Shown: in pieces, positions 1 through 12,100 of the stretch | Numbering within the stretch: the stretch's first letter is position 1 | How the letters are laid out: every line of letters starts with the position of its first letter | Assembly (NCBI RefSeq): GCF_902652985.1 | Contig: NC_047030.1 | Coordinates: forward strand, 18,104,001 to 18,168,000 | Direction of reading: 5' to 3' | Length of the DNA stretch: 64,000 nucleotides | Origin: Pecten maximus | Taxonomy: Eukaryota | Position numbers and translations under genes: made by a program | The notes under the pieces: generated by a model | What the model was told of the DNA's origin: nothing | Seen by the model: only the letters and a program-made list of their open reading frames with translations | Databases searched by the model: none

Positions 1-270
1 TTGTTACCTTATAAAGATACAGGTGTGGTACACATTGTTACCTTATAAAGATACAGGTAGGGTACACATTGTTACCTTATAAAGATACAGGTGGGGTACA
101 CATTGTTACCTTATAAAGATACAGGTGGGGTACACATTGTTATCTTATAAAGATACAGGTGTGGTACACATTGTTACCTTATAAAGATACAGGTGTAGTA
201 ACATTGTTACCTTATAAAGATACAGGTGGGGTACACATTACCTTATAAAGATACAGGTGGGGTAACATTG
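1..270. repeat. 34-bp minisatellite (continues from before the window)
   Basis: Unit TTGTTACCTTATAAAGATACAGGTGGGGTACACA, about 8 copies. Confidence 0.9.
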
Positions 271-2358
271 TTTAGGGTAAGGGTTAAGGTGAAAGAGTCT
301 GTCATTGCCATGGCTGCCATTCACCTGACTACACTGCCATCCCATTACAGAATATGCACTCTTTCAAAAGCTTGCAAACACAATGTTCAATTTTTTATTA
401 AAGATTATCACTTTACCAAGGAAATAGATATTCTTTTACAAATGATAAATGACACAAGAACTGGTGTATCTAGTTTTTATTAAAAAATACAGTCAAATTC
501 AATAACTATACAATTTTAAGTACTGCCAATACATGTAACACTGTAGATAAAACTTCTGATTGGACACAGTCCAATTCATAGCCCAATCTTTCAATTTGCC
601 AATCCAGTACAATAACATTTAGAACTTTCAGTTTTTATTCCAAAATATGCTTCTTTTTCCCCAAGAAAAAAATATTTGCATGACAAAACATACAAAATGG
701 AACATTTATAATTATGAAAAATTTTCATATTGAAATTGTTTCAACTTGATATGCATGTACAACTATCCTCTCTTCTAACTTAGCATATGCCGAGACAGAA
801 ACAAATGTGAAGTGTGCAACTTTTCAGAAGTTCGCTTGTCAAGACTTATTTATGGAACAATGCATACCTGTTATCTAATCAACCATGTGGAACCATGCAT
901 ACCTGTGATTAAATCAACCATGTGGAACAATGCAGCATACCTGTGATTTAATCAACCATAAGGCAGCATAAAAATAAAGATTGCCACCTTAGGTTTGGTG
1001 TTTATTCACGTGACAGTACATTGTATTACTCAGCAATAAGACTTTCGTGTCTGGAACCTTATACTGAGTCTGTGACTTAGCCATAACATATCCCAAGGTT
1101 GCCGAGAACGTATGCAAATCAAAGCCTTTGGATATCTAGGATCTGAATTATATGTAACTATTACAAATTTCAATTCTTATTTAACAAAATGATTCCATCT
1201 ACAGTTTATCATACCATTTGCATAGTAGTTGTTCAAGGAAGTCATGCTATCTATCATCAATGATGCATGAAAATATGGACGGCAGTATATACAAGTGTAC
1301 ATATATTTAAATTGTATTCTAAAAATCACAACCATGCACACCTGCATACATATATATAAAATTTATATATTATAAATGTATATGATATTATATTTCTCAC
1401 CTAATCTTCATAACAAGCTCTCTATAATCCTCTCTTACTATCAAATCTATTACACAAAATAAGATACTACAACAATTCACAGTATGTTAATATTACAATG
1501 CTAGCATCAGCCTTTAGTCACCACATCCGAGCTGCAGAGAAAGACATTCAATATTATAATAAATTAACCTACAGAGTATATTTTATAGCAAATGTATGCA
1601 ATGCTTGTTACAGTAAATTATTATAGACATCTAGACTCATGTGATTTGGTGTAGATACTTGCAGGCACTTACTTTCATGAAACTGGACAAAGATTTTACC
1701 GTAGATAAATAATATGACTATTAATTTACTGATGTGGCTGTTGTTCCTGTCTAAATGCAAACTTTGGCAGCTTACAATACTGATAGTTCAAACTAAAAAC
1801 TCCTCTGCCAATAACCCTTCTGTACGAGATATACAGGACATTTTCCAATAGAGTAAGCTATTTACTTGTGTAGGTCTAGACCATATTGTCATATTGGGCA
1901 AAATCTGTCACGCCCATAACCTGTGTGTATAGACAGACTATGGGTGTTGGACAACATCAGATTTTTTAATTAACATCAATAATTGTCATTTTCTTTACTA
2001 GTCTAAGTGTTTATAGAAATAATCAGATTTCATACACATCATGAGAAAAAGAATAAGTTAACAGATATTAAGTGCTTTCGTTAGCAATTGAGTGATATTG
2101 TTACATTGTCAGTTATTCTTTGTGAATATTAACCAACATTTATTTATGGCCAACTTTCACCTTTGAAATTAACAAATCACTCACTAAAAAAAAAATTGTC
2201 AATTAGATAAAATAATTTGATGACATAATTTTTCATGCATGATGACAAATCTTGTACATGTATACATGTTAACCTCATGGACTCTGGTCATTTTCCATCA
2301 TCTTCAGGACACTCTCCAAAATACTGACTGCAGAGACCTCGAACTGTAGTGTTATTCT

Positions 2359-2526
2359 TCACGATATGCCCTTCCTAAAGAATGCGACTCCAATCATTGT
2401 TATGATTTCTCCAACGGCTGGCAGAGCCACACAGAACGCGAACACGTACCAGTAATAGTCACATGACCATAATTGGAAGAGAAAGAATACTGAGAGTCAC
2501 CGCACCAGAGGCATGAGCTGCTGTAG
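2359..2526 (-). CDS. TMEM107: Duplicated alternative last coding segment (4b) of TMEM107, with one apparent extra base
   Basis: After TCCTTGAC-AACATACCAG it reads STAAHASGAVTL[+1 nt near 2491]VFFLFQLWSCDYYWYVFAFCVALPAVGEIITMIGVAFFRKGIS*. It matches segment 4a at 32 of 54 residues and has the same splice phase. Confidence 0.8.
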
Positions 2527-2753
2527 CTGGTATGTTGTCAAGGAGACAATAACGTTGAAGGGAGGTAACTCAGTTACAGAAAATTGGCTATATTTTTTTT
2601 ACTGTAATTACAGTTGTATAAAGTAACTTCAATTCTTATTCAGGTCGTATAATTTCTAGCAGACAATCACAATTTGTGGAGAAAAATATCCTGATGTTAT
2701 CAATGCATAATGTTATGATGATGATAAATTTGGTTTCCTAATTGATGAGAATG

Positions 2754-5720
2754 CTATAACCCACGCCTACAGAAACCAATGCCGATCATGGTGATGATCT
2801 CCGTCACTGTGGGCAACGCACTGCAGAAAGCAAACACGTACCAATACCTATAGCATGGCCAAGACCAAAACAGGAAGTAAGACAGCGACACACACGCCCC
2901 ACAGTGAGCACTTATAGCTGAGTCAGCAGTCAAGGAGGAATAACGGTCACGACAGACTTCCTTACATTCATCATGTAACATAGGGCTAAGGGGAACATGA
3001 TTATATTCAACTTTGGACATTTTTAACTGATTTAGGAACACATACCTGAACATAATTGTTTGTTTTTAGCCATTTTAAACTGATTTAGGGACACACACCT
3101 GAACAAAATTGTTTGATTTTGGCCTTTTTTCAACTGATTTCGGAACACATACCGTATTTGACCTAATAAGGGCGCAGGGCACGGGTAAATGACAGTGGGG
3201 GCGCCCTTATTAAGATTAGTTATTCTGAAGTTTTATGAAACAGACTATACCTTATAGCAGAATACCCAAGGTTGTGGAAACGGTAAAATATTCAGTCATA
3301 AAAATATTCCAGATGAAGATATCTATTCATTATCATATATTAATTAAGCTTAAACATCACTTGAATACTCCTGTAAACTTGTAAACCATGCCAGCTGATC
3401 TTTAGACCAGAGAACGTGTGTTCCACCATTTATGTTCAAATGGAACTCTTTTGTGTTCTATTTATAGAAACAGGTGATTTCCCAGATCATATCAGACATC
3501 GTTTTCTTTGACCTAATAATTGATTTACAATGTCTTTTACTAGCTTTCTGTTCTGAACAAAAGTTATTTATCAACAAGAATGAAGTCTTTACTTTATCTT
3601 CAAATAAAGATGGTAAGTTATTATTTGTATGTGTGTTTAGTTTTGGGTGCTGAGAACTTTGCACTGACATGTCATATGTAGCCTGTAGGAATACACAAAA
3701 TGTGGCGAAAACATGTGTTCCAGTTACTTAATTTGCTGAAGAAAATTGAACACATAAGTAGTAAAATATTTCACATGAATTATTACTTTTTAACACCATT
3801 TTGACACTCAGTCATAGATTTATTTCCTTGAAAAAAGGTAGGGGCGCCCTTATTAGGGTAGGCGCCCTTATTAGGTCAAATACGGTACCTGAACAAAATT
3901 GTTTAATTTTGGCCATTTTAACCAATTCAGAATTTTTTATACCTGTAAACAATTGTCTTTATAAATAATACTTGTTACATTACAACTTTTCCTCTACCAA
4001 TTGAATATCAGTAAAATGCATTGAACAGAATTCCAAACAGGCTTCCCAACATAAACTCTGTCTCAATGATAACATCAACCAAGAACTAACTGAAAACACA
4101 GTGTTAATTAATACTACCAGATGTTGCAATGGGCACCACACAATATCTCTAGGTAAAAATATTATATCTATAATTGATATTATACTGTATGTTTAGATAC
4201 CAACCATCATTGTAAAACTGGTATTCTTTATGAAAAGGATACAAAGTAGACTTTGGAATGGCATAAACATGGAGATACCACCAATGAAGCCGATAAGTTC
4301 TATGACAAATAGACCCAGTGTCACAGATAGTCCAATAATCATTCTGTAATAGAGGTAATCAAATTGTACAGAGAAGTTAGTGTTATTATGTTACCAAACA
4401 GAAAATAATTTCATACCTGTGATAAATCCCATTTTTTTTTTTCTTTCTCTTTTTTTTTTAATTCAAATAAAAGTATGGACACATGTTGTAATACAGTGAC
4501 AAATAAAATATGATCCAAGTGATTATTTAGTTTTCTGAAAAATAGATACATATGATAAATACATAAGAATATATCATTCATATATATATTTATCAATATA
4601 AATAAAAAGTTGTAATAATGTTTGAAAGTAAGAACAGATAAAATTGCCACATATACTTACTCTGTGTCCTTTGTGTTGTATTCATCTACTGTGTAATCCA
4701 AGGGGAGGCATTGCTTAACATTATCCTCCTGGCAAAAATAAAATAAATTAATATAACATCACATCAAGTATGTTTTGTACACTGATTTTATTTTAGGACT
4801 TTAAGAATTTCTGGTCAGATATCTATATTTCAGTAAAGAATATTTAATATAATCTGTCCAAATGGATGCTCAGAAGATGTTTAAATATATATAATAGCCT
4901 AAATATAAAATGACCCCTCTGACCTTAAAAATGGATCAAGCTCATTCGTTTGAATGAACATTGTTGGCCTTAACACTATCAAAGCATGTTACAATACACA
5001 CCCAAAATCCTGACCGACCCTATGCCTTTTGATTATTAAAAAGTTATCCAAGATTGAACACATCAACCTGATAGTATATATCAGAAGATGATCTGTATCT
5101 TATTCAGAATTTGCATCCCATTGTGTACCTACTGAAAAGAAGCCAAAAGTATCAAATGTTTTTTCCTACTACAACAATGAAGGGGAGAAAGAATTTGCTA
5201 CTTGTAATTGTAATCACAGCATAGATTCACAGCAGAGTAGCAACACAGGCGTCTGAAGTTCTGACAGTAAACTTTCTTTTTTTATAGTAGATACTCTTAT
5301 TTTTTCTATGGTATTATATCTCAGTTTACTGTCAGAACTTCAGACGCCTGTGGTAGCAAGTTATATGATACGCCAAAAAAAGTGGAAAATATGCATCCGG
5401 CTAGTGTTCGGAGGTCCCGGGTTCGAACCCAGGTCTGGCCGTGCATTTTCCACTCCTACTACAAATATGCAGGATTTCCACTTTTTTTCAGCAAAAAAAA
5501 ATCCCGACCATGAGCATTTCTATGCATAGCTTATCAGGCCTATCATTCAGTAAATATATGTCAAAGGTGGGCGATTATTATCGTTTGAAATACAAAATCA
5601 ACAATTATTATCGTTTGAAATACAAAATCAACATACTCGTGACCATAATATTACTATGACGATGACCATATGTGCAATGATCGTCAGAAATCGAGCTGGG
5701 ACGAGGCCGTTCACCCTCAT
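2754..5720 (-). CDS. TMEM107: Transmembrane protein 107 (ciliary transition-zone, MKS module), isoform using the proximal last exon; about 138 aa
   Basis: Exons on the minus strand: 5720-5637 (MRVNGLVPARFLTIIAHMVIVIVILWSR, GT donor), 4728-4661 (EDNVKQCLPLDYTVDEYNTKDTE), 4343-4243 (MIIGLSVTLGLFVIELIGFIGGISMFMPFQSLL), 2917-2754 (SISAHCGACVSLSYFLFWSWPCYRYWYVFAFCSALPTVTEIITMIGIGFCRRGL*). Phases join in frame. Motifs GLVP.RFL, CLP, AH and YW.F.FCSALP match TMEM107 as I recall it. Confidence 0.93.
2918..4242 (-). other. U12-type (minor spliceosome) GT-AG intron 3 of TMEM107
   Basis: Donor GTATCCTTTT (4242-4233) matches the U12 consensus RTATCCTTT. Branch site TCCTTGAC at 2936-2929 lies about 12 nt before the AG with no polypyrimidine tract. 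A second branch site is at 2544-2537 with its AG at 2528-2527. Confidence 0.9.
3152..3885. mobile_element. Non-autonomous Tc1/mariner-pogo-type TIR element with TA target duplication, inside the U12 intron
   Basis: TA|CCGTATTTGACCTAATAAGGGCGC ... GCGCCCTTATTAGGTCAAATACGG|TA. It splits the third copy of a local repeat of about 54 bp exactly at ACACATA|CCTGAAC. Confidence 0.88.
5244..5352. mobile_element. 109-bp MITE with 30-bp perfect TIRs and a 7-bp TSD (P-element-like architecture)
   Basis: TIR CACAGGCGTCTGAAGTTCTGACAGTAAACT at 5244-5273, inverted at 5323-5352. GTAGCAA direct repeats at 5237-5243 and 5353-5359. Termini are CA...TG. Confidence 0.8.
5396..5462 (+). mobile_element. 5'-truncated tRNA-derived SINE fragment
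   Basis: Contains the Pol III B-box GGTTCGAACCC and is flanked by AAATATGCA direct repeats (5387-5395, 5463-5471). A diverged relative lies at about 44895-44980. Confidence 0.6.
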
Positions 5721-6120
5721 TTTGGCGAATTATCCTCTCAAGGCTTGAAGACACCTGTCCGCTTCCTTATCAACACGCTATAAATGTTGCAAATTATTCA
5801 GTTCTGCGTCCCTTATCAAATCTAATTATTTGTTTTCAGGATTCATGTCATTAAGGCTACATCTAGTCCGAGATGTTGCGATGAATCAATCTTCAAAACC
5901 AGCGAAATCTAATTTACAATGAGGAACGCGATAGTGTCTGTGCTTGTTTCGCGGCCATTTTCCGAAGCGGTCTCGCGTCGTTCTCGACAACGAGATTTCC
6001 GGTAACGCATGGGCAAACACGAAGCCGGACGGAGCCACGTAATTCTAGCAAACGTACACTTATTTTACGGTCTTGAAAACAGCAGAGTTTCTCTGCCTGC
6101 AAACAACACAACAGACAAAG
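5721..6120. promoter_or_regulatory. Bidirectional promoter region between TMEM107 and COPB2
   Basis: Divergent start codons at 5720 (-) and 6121 (+). The region is locally CpG-rich. A YY1-like GCGGCCATTTT lies at 5951-5961 and a possible RFX X-box-like GTCGTTCTCGACAAC at 5977-5991 (weak). Confidence 0.65.
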
Positions 6121-9100
6121 ATGGTAAGGTTGCGGAAAGACATCAGATAAAAAGTAACGATACACGTTACCATTATCTGGTAAACGAACTCTTTGAACTT
6201 GATTATATTCATTTCACACTAATGTGTCAAACGTGCAGGGGGGGGGGGGGGGTATATTTTTGTATTAAAATCAGTGTTTTGTAGATAGATGTTCTTCACG
6301 CTAGACCAGCGTTGGGAATGTTATATAAAAACTTATAGTATTAGTTATATCATGTTGAAGTAAATGCTAAGATTACCTAAATGCATCATACCATAATTAA
6401 GTAAGCTCAAGCTGCCATATACGATATGTCTTACCGGTGTTTTAACAGTCGCCCATTTATATAGAAAAAAAACGTGCCTGTACTGAGTACAGTAGTTTTC
6501 CAGAATGAAAACCTTGCTTGGTAACAAAGCCATGTTTTTGTCCTGTGTATTCAACGTCCTTACCATTGCTACAATTGTTAAATCAATGCCTCCACTATAG
6601 CAACTAAACTCTTGAAATATGGAACCTAGCCCAAGTTTACTCTGGACCTGACACCATGTCTAATGTAGGGCCATAACGCACCACTATATGTAAATGTGGA
6701 ATTCTCTGACATTGTTTTGTAAAAACTTACGATTAGTCTCTCCAAAAATTGACATGTGTTTCTAATTTAAAAGAATTCTAATTTTCCAGATGAAATGCAT
6801 ATTAACTGAATTTATTACATGCATCTTTTCTGGTGTAATGATAATTTGATTATGATTTTTTTTTCAGCCGCTTCGTTTGGATATCAAGCGGAAACTGTCC
6901 GCTAGATCTGACCGAGTAAAATGTGTAGACCTGCATCCAAGTGAGCCATGGATGTTGGCCAGTCTGTATAACGGCAATGTCCACATCTGGAACTATGAAT
7001 CACAAGTAAATCAAACTCTTATTAAATTGTGAACTGTCATGCAGGATTATATCTATATAATTATGCACTGTATCTTTGATGTTTGGGTGAAATACTTGCG
7101 AAATTGTACAGTGAAACCCTTGTAAGCTCGCCATGATGAAGTTCATGGAAGCTATTGCTATACCCCTGGCATCAGCATTGTCCAAAGACAGCTATGTTTA
7201 AGTGTTGTAATACTTTTGAGGATACAGCTTAGGTATTTGCTATGTGTGTTAAGACCTTTCCATCATAACTACATTTGCGGAACTGCTGATCATGGTTATG
7301 ACCTTTGACCTACTTTTAAAAAAAACTTAAGCCTTGGCCACTGTATGTTAACTGTACAGGATAGGGCTTTCGTATTTGGCATGTGTATTCCTTGTGACAA
7401 GACCTTTTCATTGGAACTACATTTGCGGACCTGCTGACTGTGACCTTTTACCTACTTTTATACAACTAATTACGAATTTCAAACCACTCAACAAGATATG
7501 CTATCTTCTGACAACTCGTTGAATTTAGTTGATTAGAAAAATATTTATATGAAAGACCTTAATCACAATTTCTTGAGGTATTCCATCCAAACATGTATAT
7601 ATATATATACATTGTATATGTAATTACCGACATCAAAAGGTTAACTCATGAGTGGGTACCTTATGTACATGGTGCCCACATTGATATTTCTCTCATGTTT
7701 ACCAAGATCAAGTAAATGTTTAGAAGTTTACACATTGAAAATATTCTTCTGTTATTGTTCAAATTGTTTTGAAAACAAATGTTTTTGAGCAAAAATGTTA
7801 TTTCTACTTGTCATTTAAACAAGTGAATTTAAATAATTTTTGTATTGCATAAACATTTTATCTTTGTCACTGAAATCAGTTTTCTTTGTGTAATTTTGTT
7901 TTTAACTCATTTCAGCAACTGATAAAATCGTTTGAAGTATGTGATCTGCCTGTGAGGTCAGCAAGATTTGTTCCAAGAAAGAATTGGATAATAACTGGAT
8001 CTGTAAGTGAGAACTAAAGTGAGAACTAGAATATCACGAGTCACAACACACTGTTTCTGGATTTTAATGTTATTTGATAGATGGAAATACCAATATTCCG
8101 TTATCAGTAGACATTTGTTGTTTCAAGTGTGCTGACTTGATCATTGCAGCAATTCATTTTATCAGACACAAAAAATGTCTGATTCTGCTAACCTGGTAGT
8201 AGTGGTTGACCCTGTAATCTTTTTTCCATCCTGTAAATTTTTTTGGCGTTTTCAAGGAGGGACTTCACTATTTTGGTAGATTCCTTCTCGTTATAACCCG
8301 CTTGTAAAACTTTTTTAAAAGTGGAAAGATTTCATGGCTTTTTGTTGGTGGAAAGACATGTCTATAATTTTAAATCTGCTACTATATACAGTGAAAGATC
8401 CTGAATGATATCCATTACATAAAGTAAATATAATTTGTAGTAATTTAAAAGTGATCCAAAGGCCACTCATCATTTATTTCAGTATTATACAATTAAACCT
8501 CAATGACATTTATAAAATTTTGTGGCTTTAACTGATAATTATTTCCATTTGCACAGGATGACATGACAATCCGAGCATTTAACTACAACACACTTGAAAG
8601 AGTTCACCAATTTGAGGCTCACTCTGACTACATCAGGTCCCTGGCTGTCCATCCAACACAGCCATTCATCCTCAGCAGCAGTGGTCAGTTTAAAACATAT
8701 GTTATCATTTGATAAATTGTACTTAAATGAAATAAATGATAATGTTGATATTATAGTAATATGTCTTGGTTCATATAGAGACCTTGAAAAGTGGTTGAAT
8801 TTCAGATCAGTGCTTGAAACATTTTCATTTTTTTCTTAGAAGTCCTTGAAAAGTGCTTGAATTGTCATATTTTTTTCCTTGAGATCTATTGAGAGTGTAT
8901 GATTTGTTTCATGTGGACTTAAGAAAAAATCAAGGACATCTTATTTTTGCTTTAATTTTCTAAACGTAGTGCATGGATTTGATTTGTTCATGAAAGTAAC
9001 TGAATTCGGACAAAACAATGCATGTGAAAAAATGCTGGAAAAGTGCTTGCATTTTGATATGAAAAATATTTATGAACCATGCATATCAATATTTTTGTAT

Positions 9101-12100
9101 AGGCAATATATTTTACAGCAACATTTCAAAATATCTGGACACCTGATATATAATAGATATATGTAAAGATTCTGGATTCGTGTACCTTGGATGGTTAAAT
9201 GCAAATTTGTTATCATCCATCCAATAAGCTGTACAGAAATGACCAGGGTATACACAAATGGGTTCTTTCTGTTTCTTCATTTGTTCAAATTTTGTGAGGG
9301 AAAATTATTTTAATACAAATGGGCATGATCCCTCCTTTTGAAATTTAGTAAGTTTTTTAGTGGGTTTCATCCATCTGTTTGTCTGTACAAAATCAGGCAT
9401 GTGATGAACATGCTTTTTGATGTTTGAGTACCATAATGATTTTATTTAACATTCACTGTGTTTATTTACAGACGACATGTTGATCAAGTTATGGGATTGG
9501 GAGAAGAAGTGGACATGTACCCAGGTGTTTGAAGGACACACCCACTATGTGATGCAGATCATCATTAATCCCAAGGACAATAACACATTCGCCAGTGGAT
9601 CTCTCGACAGGACAGTCAAGGTATGGGGGAATCTTTTGTAGACACATTAGTATATTTATCAAAACTTTTGCCTGTTAATAACCCCACCCATGTCTATAAC
9701 AAATCTGACAGTGAAAAAGCTAACAAATCCCATTGTCCTTGTTCTGTCTGCGTTTTAGTAAAGTTTTGTTTGTCCCTTTGACTTGTGAACTGATAAATAT
9801 TGTACATGTGTATGAAAAATAAAATTGTGATTAGAGCTGTTCCAAAATCATCTATGTATGAGGGTTGGGCTTTTTTTTTCGGAGACCCTACCAACCATCA
9901 AAAAAAAAAAAATCGGGAGACCCTACCACCCGTAAGAAATACTAGGAAAATGGGGCATTCTTCCACCGCCCCATCTAATCTTAATACAAGAGCCTCCCAC
10001 CCCTTAAACACATGATTTTGGAATAGTCCTTTACTGAGTTTGGTTATAAACCGCTGGATTACTTAGATATCTCCTTCAGATTTGGACAGTGAAATTGACT
10101 CCTATTAAAGGACGAGATATGTGAATGTCCGACTTAATCAGTCCTTATTCACAAATAGGACTGTGTTTAGATAAACTGCGCAATGAGATATTAATTATTA
10201 GATTTATTGACTTTTGTTAATATGTGGTGCTTCATAAATGAATTAATAATGTTAACAATATCATTGTAAATGTAAAGTGAATGATAGTTACTACACCGAG
10301 ATCAATATTCAGGTTTAGTAGATTTTATTTTGATGGGTGTCATAACTTTCTTAGAAATACACGGGCAAGAGTGATAACAGTAGATTTACACTAAAACCTA
10401 CATGTAGACTTAACTTTAAACCATTAGACATGGGTAAGATTCACACTAGTAGATTTTGTCAAATCTTCTTGAAGATTATACTTCAAATGTTGTACGTTTG
10501 CCTTATGTAGGTCTGGCAGCTGGGTTCCCCAACACCAAACTTTACACTGGAAGGACACGAGAAAGGTGTTAACTGTCTGGATTATTACTCTGGCGGAGAC
10601 AAACCATACCTAATCTCGGGGGCTGATGACAGACTTATTAAAATCTGGGATTATCAGGTAATCAGAACATACAACAGTACAAACATTACAGTGATACATC
10701 AAAAGCCCACTTACTCAATCCTGTATTACAGCATTTCACTACAATAAAATGCCACTTACTCAAACTTGTATTACAGCATTTCTATACAGTAAAATGCCAC
10801 TTACTCAAACTTGTATTACAGCATTTCTATACAGTAAAATGCCACTTACTCGAACTTGTATTACAGCATTCTCTACAGTAAAATGCCACTTACTCAAACT
10901 TGTATTACAGCATTTCTCTACAGTAAAATGCCACTTACTCAAACTTGTATTACAGCATTCTCTACAGTAAAATGCCACTTACTCGAACTTGTATTACAGC
11001 ATTTCTCTACAAAAGAATGCTATTTATTCGAACCAGCTTTAAAACATTTCTTAACAATAATTTCTGTATTTTCCTAATGAAGGTTCGAGTCAGGATAGAA
11101 AATGCCTCTTAGACAATATCTGACTCACTGTTTGTTCAGTATACATGTTACATACTAGTTTCTCTTGTACAAAAACCAGATTTAACATAACTGAATTTAG
11201 GTACATATTCATAGTCTACAAGCCTTTTAGTGTTGCTGAATACTTTCTGAAATTCCAGTTCTTTCATCACAGACAAACATTTCATTATATTTGTAATAAA
11301 TGCATCCAAGTTATGATTCTATGGAGAAACAGAAGTACATTTTTCTAGATAAGCAAATCTCATGCTCTCTTGAAGGAAGATGGAAATTACATAAACAAGT
11401 TTGAATCAATAACATCATTTATGTTTTGACAGAACAAAACCTGTGTACAGACGCTGGAGGGACATGCCCAGAACATTTCAACAGTTTCTTTCCACCCTGA
11501 GCTACCTATTATCATGACAGGGTCAGAGGATGGTAAGTTTTGTTTTGACAGCGTTTGGTAATTAAATTAAAATTAGTAACTCAATATGGTTGCTGACAAC
11601 AAAACTAAAGATTCAGAAACACAGAAATGTCTACCTTTATAATTATATGAAGCATATGGGCGAAAAAAGCCAAATTTGGATGACTTTCGGAATTGTTATT
11701 ATTTTCCTTGAGATTTAAATGATTTAAATATTTTGTTTTCATAGTTGCTTATTGATCCACCTCTCCAAGTGTAGACCTTTGTGATATATATATATATATA
11801 TTGTTATTTCAACTCGATTGGTTAAAAGATCTTATCAAAATAAAGAAGCAAGTACATGTATGATTGTCTGCAATTGCACAGCATGGTCAAAGCAGTGGTG
11901 CAAAATGTTTGTTTTTGTGCTGTTGTCCAAAATCAAGAGTCATTAAAAACAAAAATCCGGTAATGTTTATTTTCATTTCCTTATAGGGACAGTTCGTATC
12001 TGGCATGCTAATACCTACCGATTGGAGAGTACGCTGAACTATGGACTAGAGAGGGTGTGGACTATTGCCTGTCAGAAGGGGTCAAACAATGTCGCCCTCG

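Noticed and set aside
270-2358. U8 snoRNA (SNORD118), which lies at the 3' end of human TMEM107
   Set aside because: I could not recognise a U8-like sequence by eye. An Infernal search with the Rfam U8 model would be needed to exclude it.
5396-5462. Possible tRNA gene (GGTTCGAACCC)
   Set aside because: There is no A-box, D-arm or acceptor stem, and flanking direct repeats point to a truncated SINE.
5914-6284. Short ORFs over the promoter region
   Set aside because: They show no recognisable homology and overlap the 5' UTR and ATG-only first exon of COPB2.
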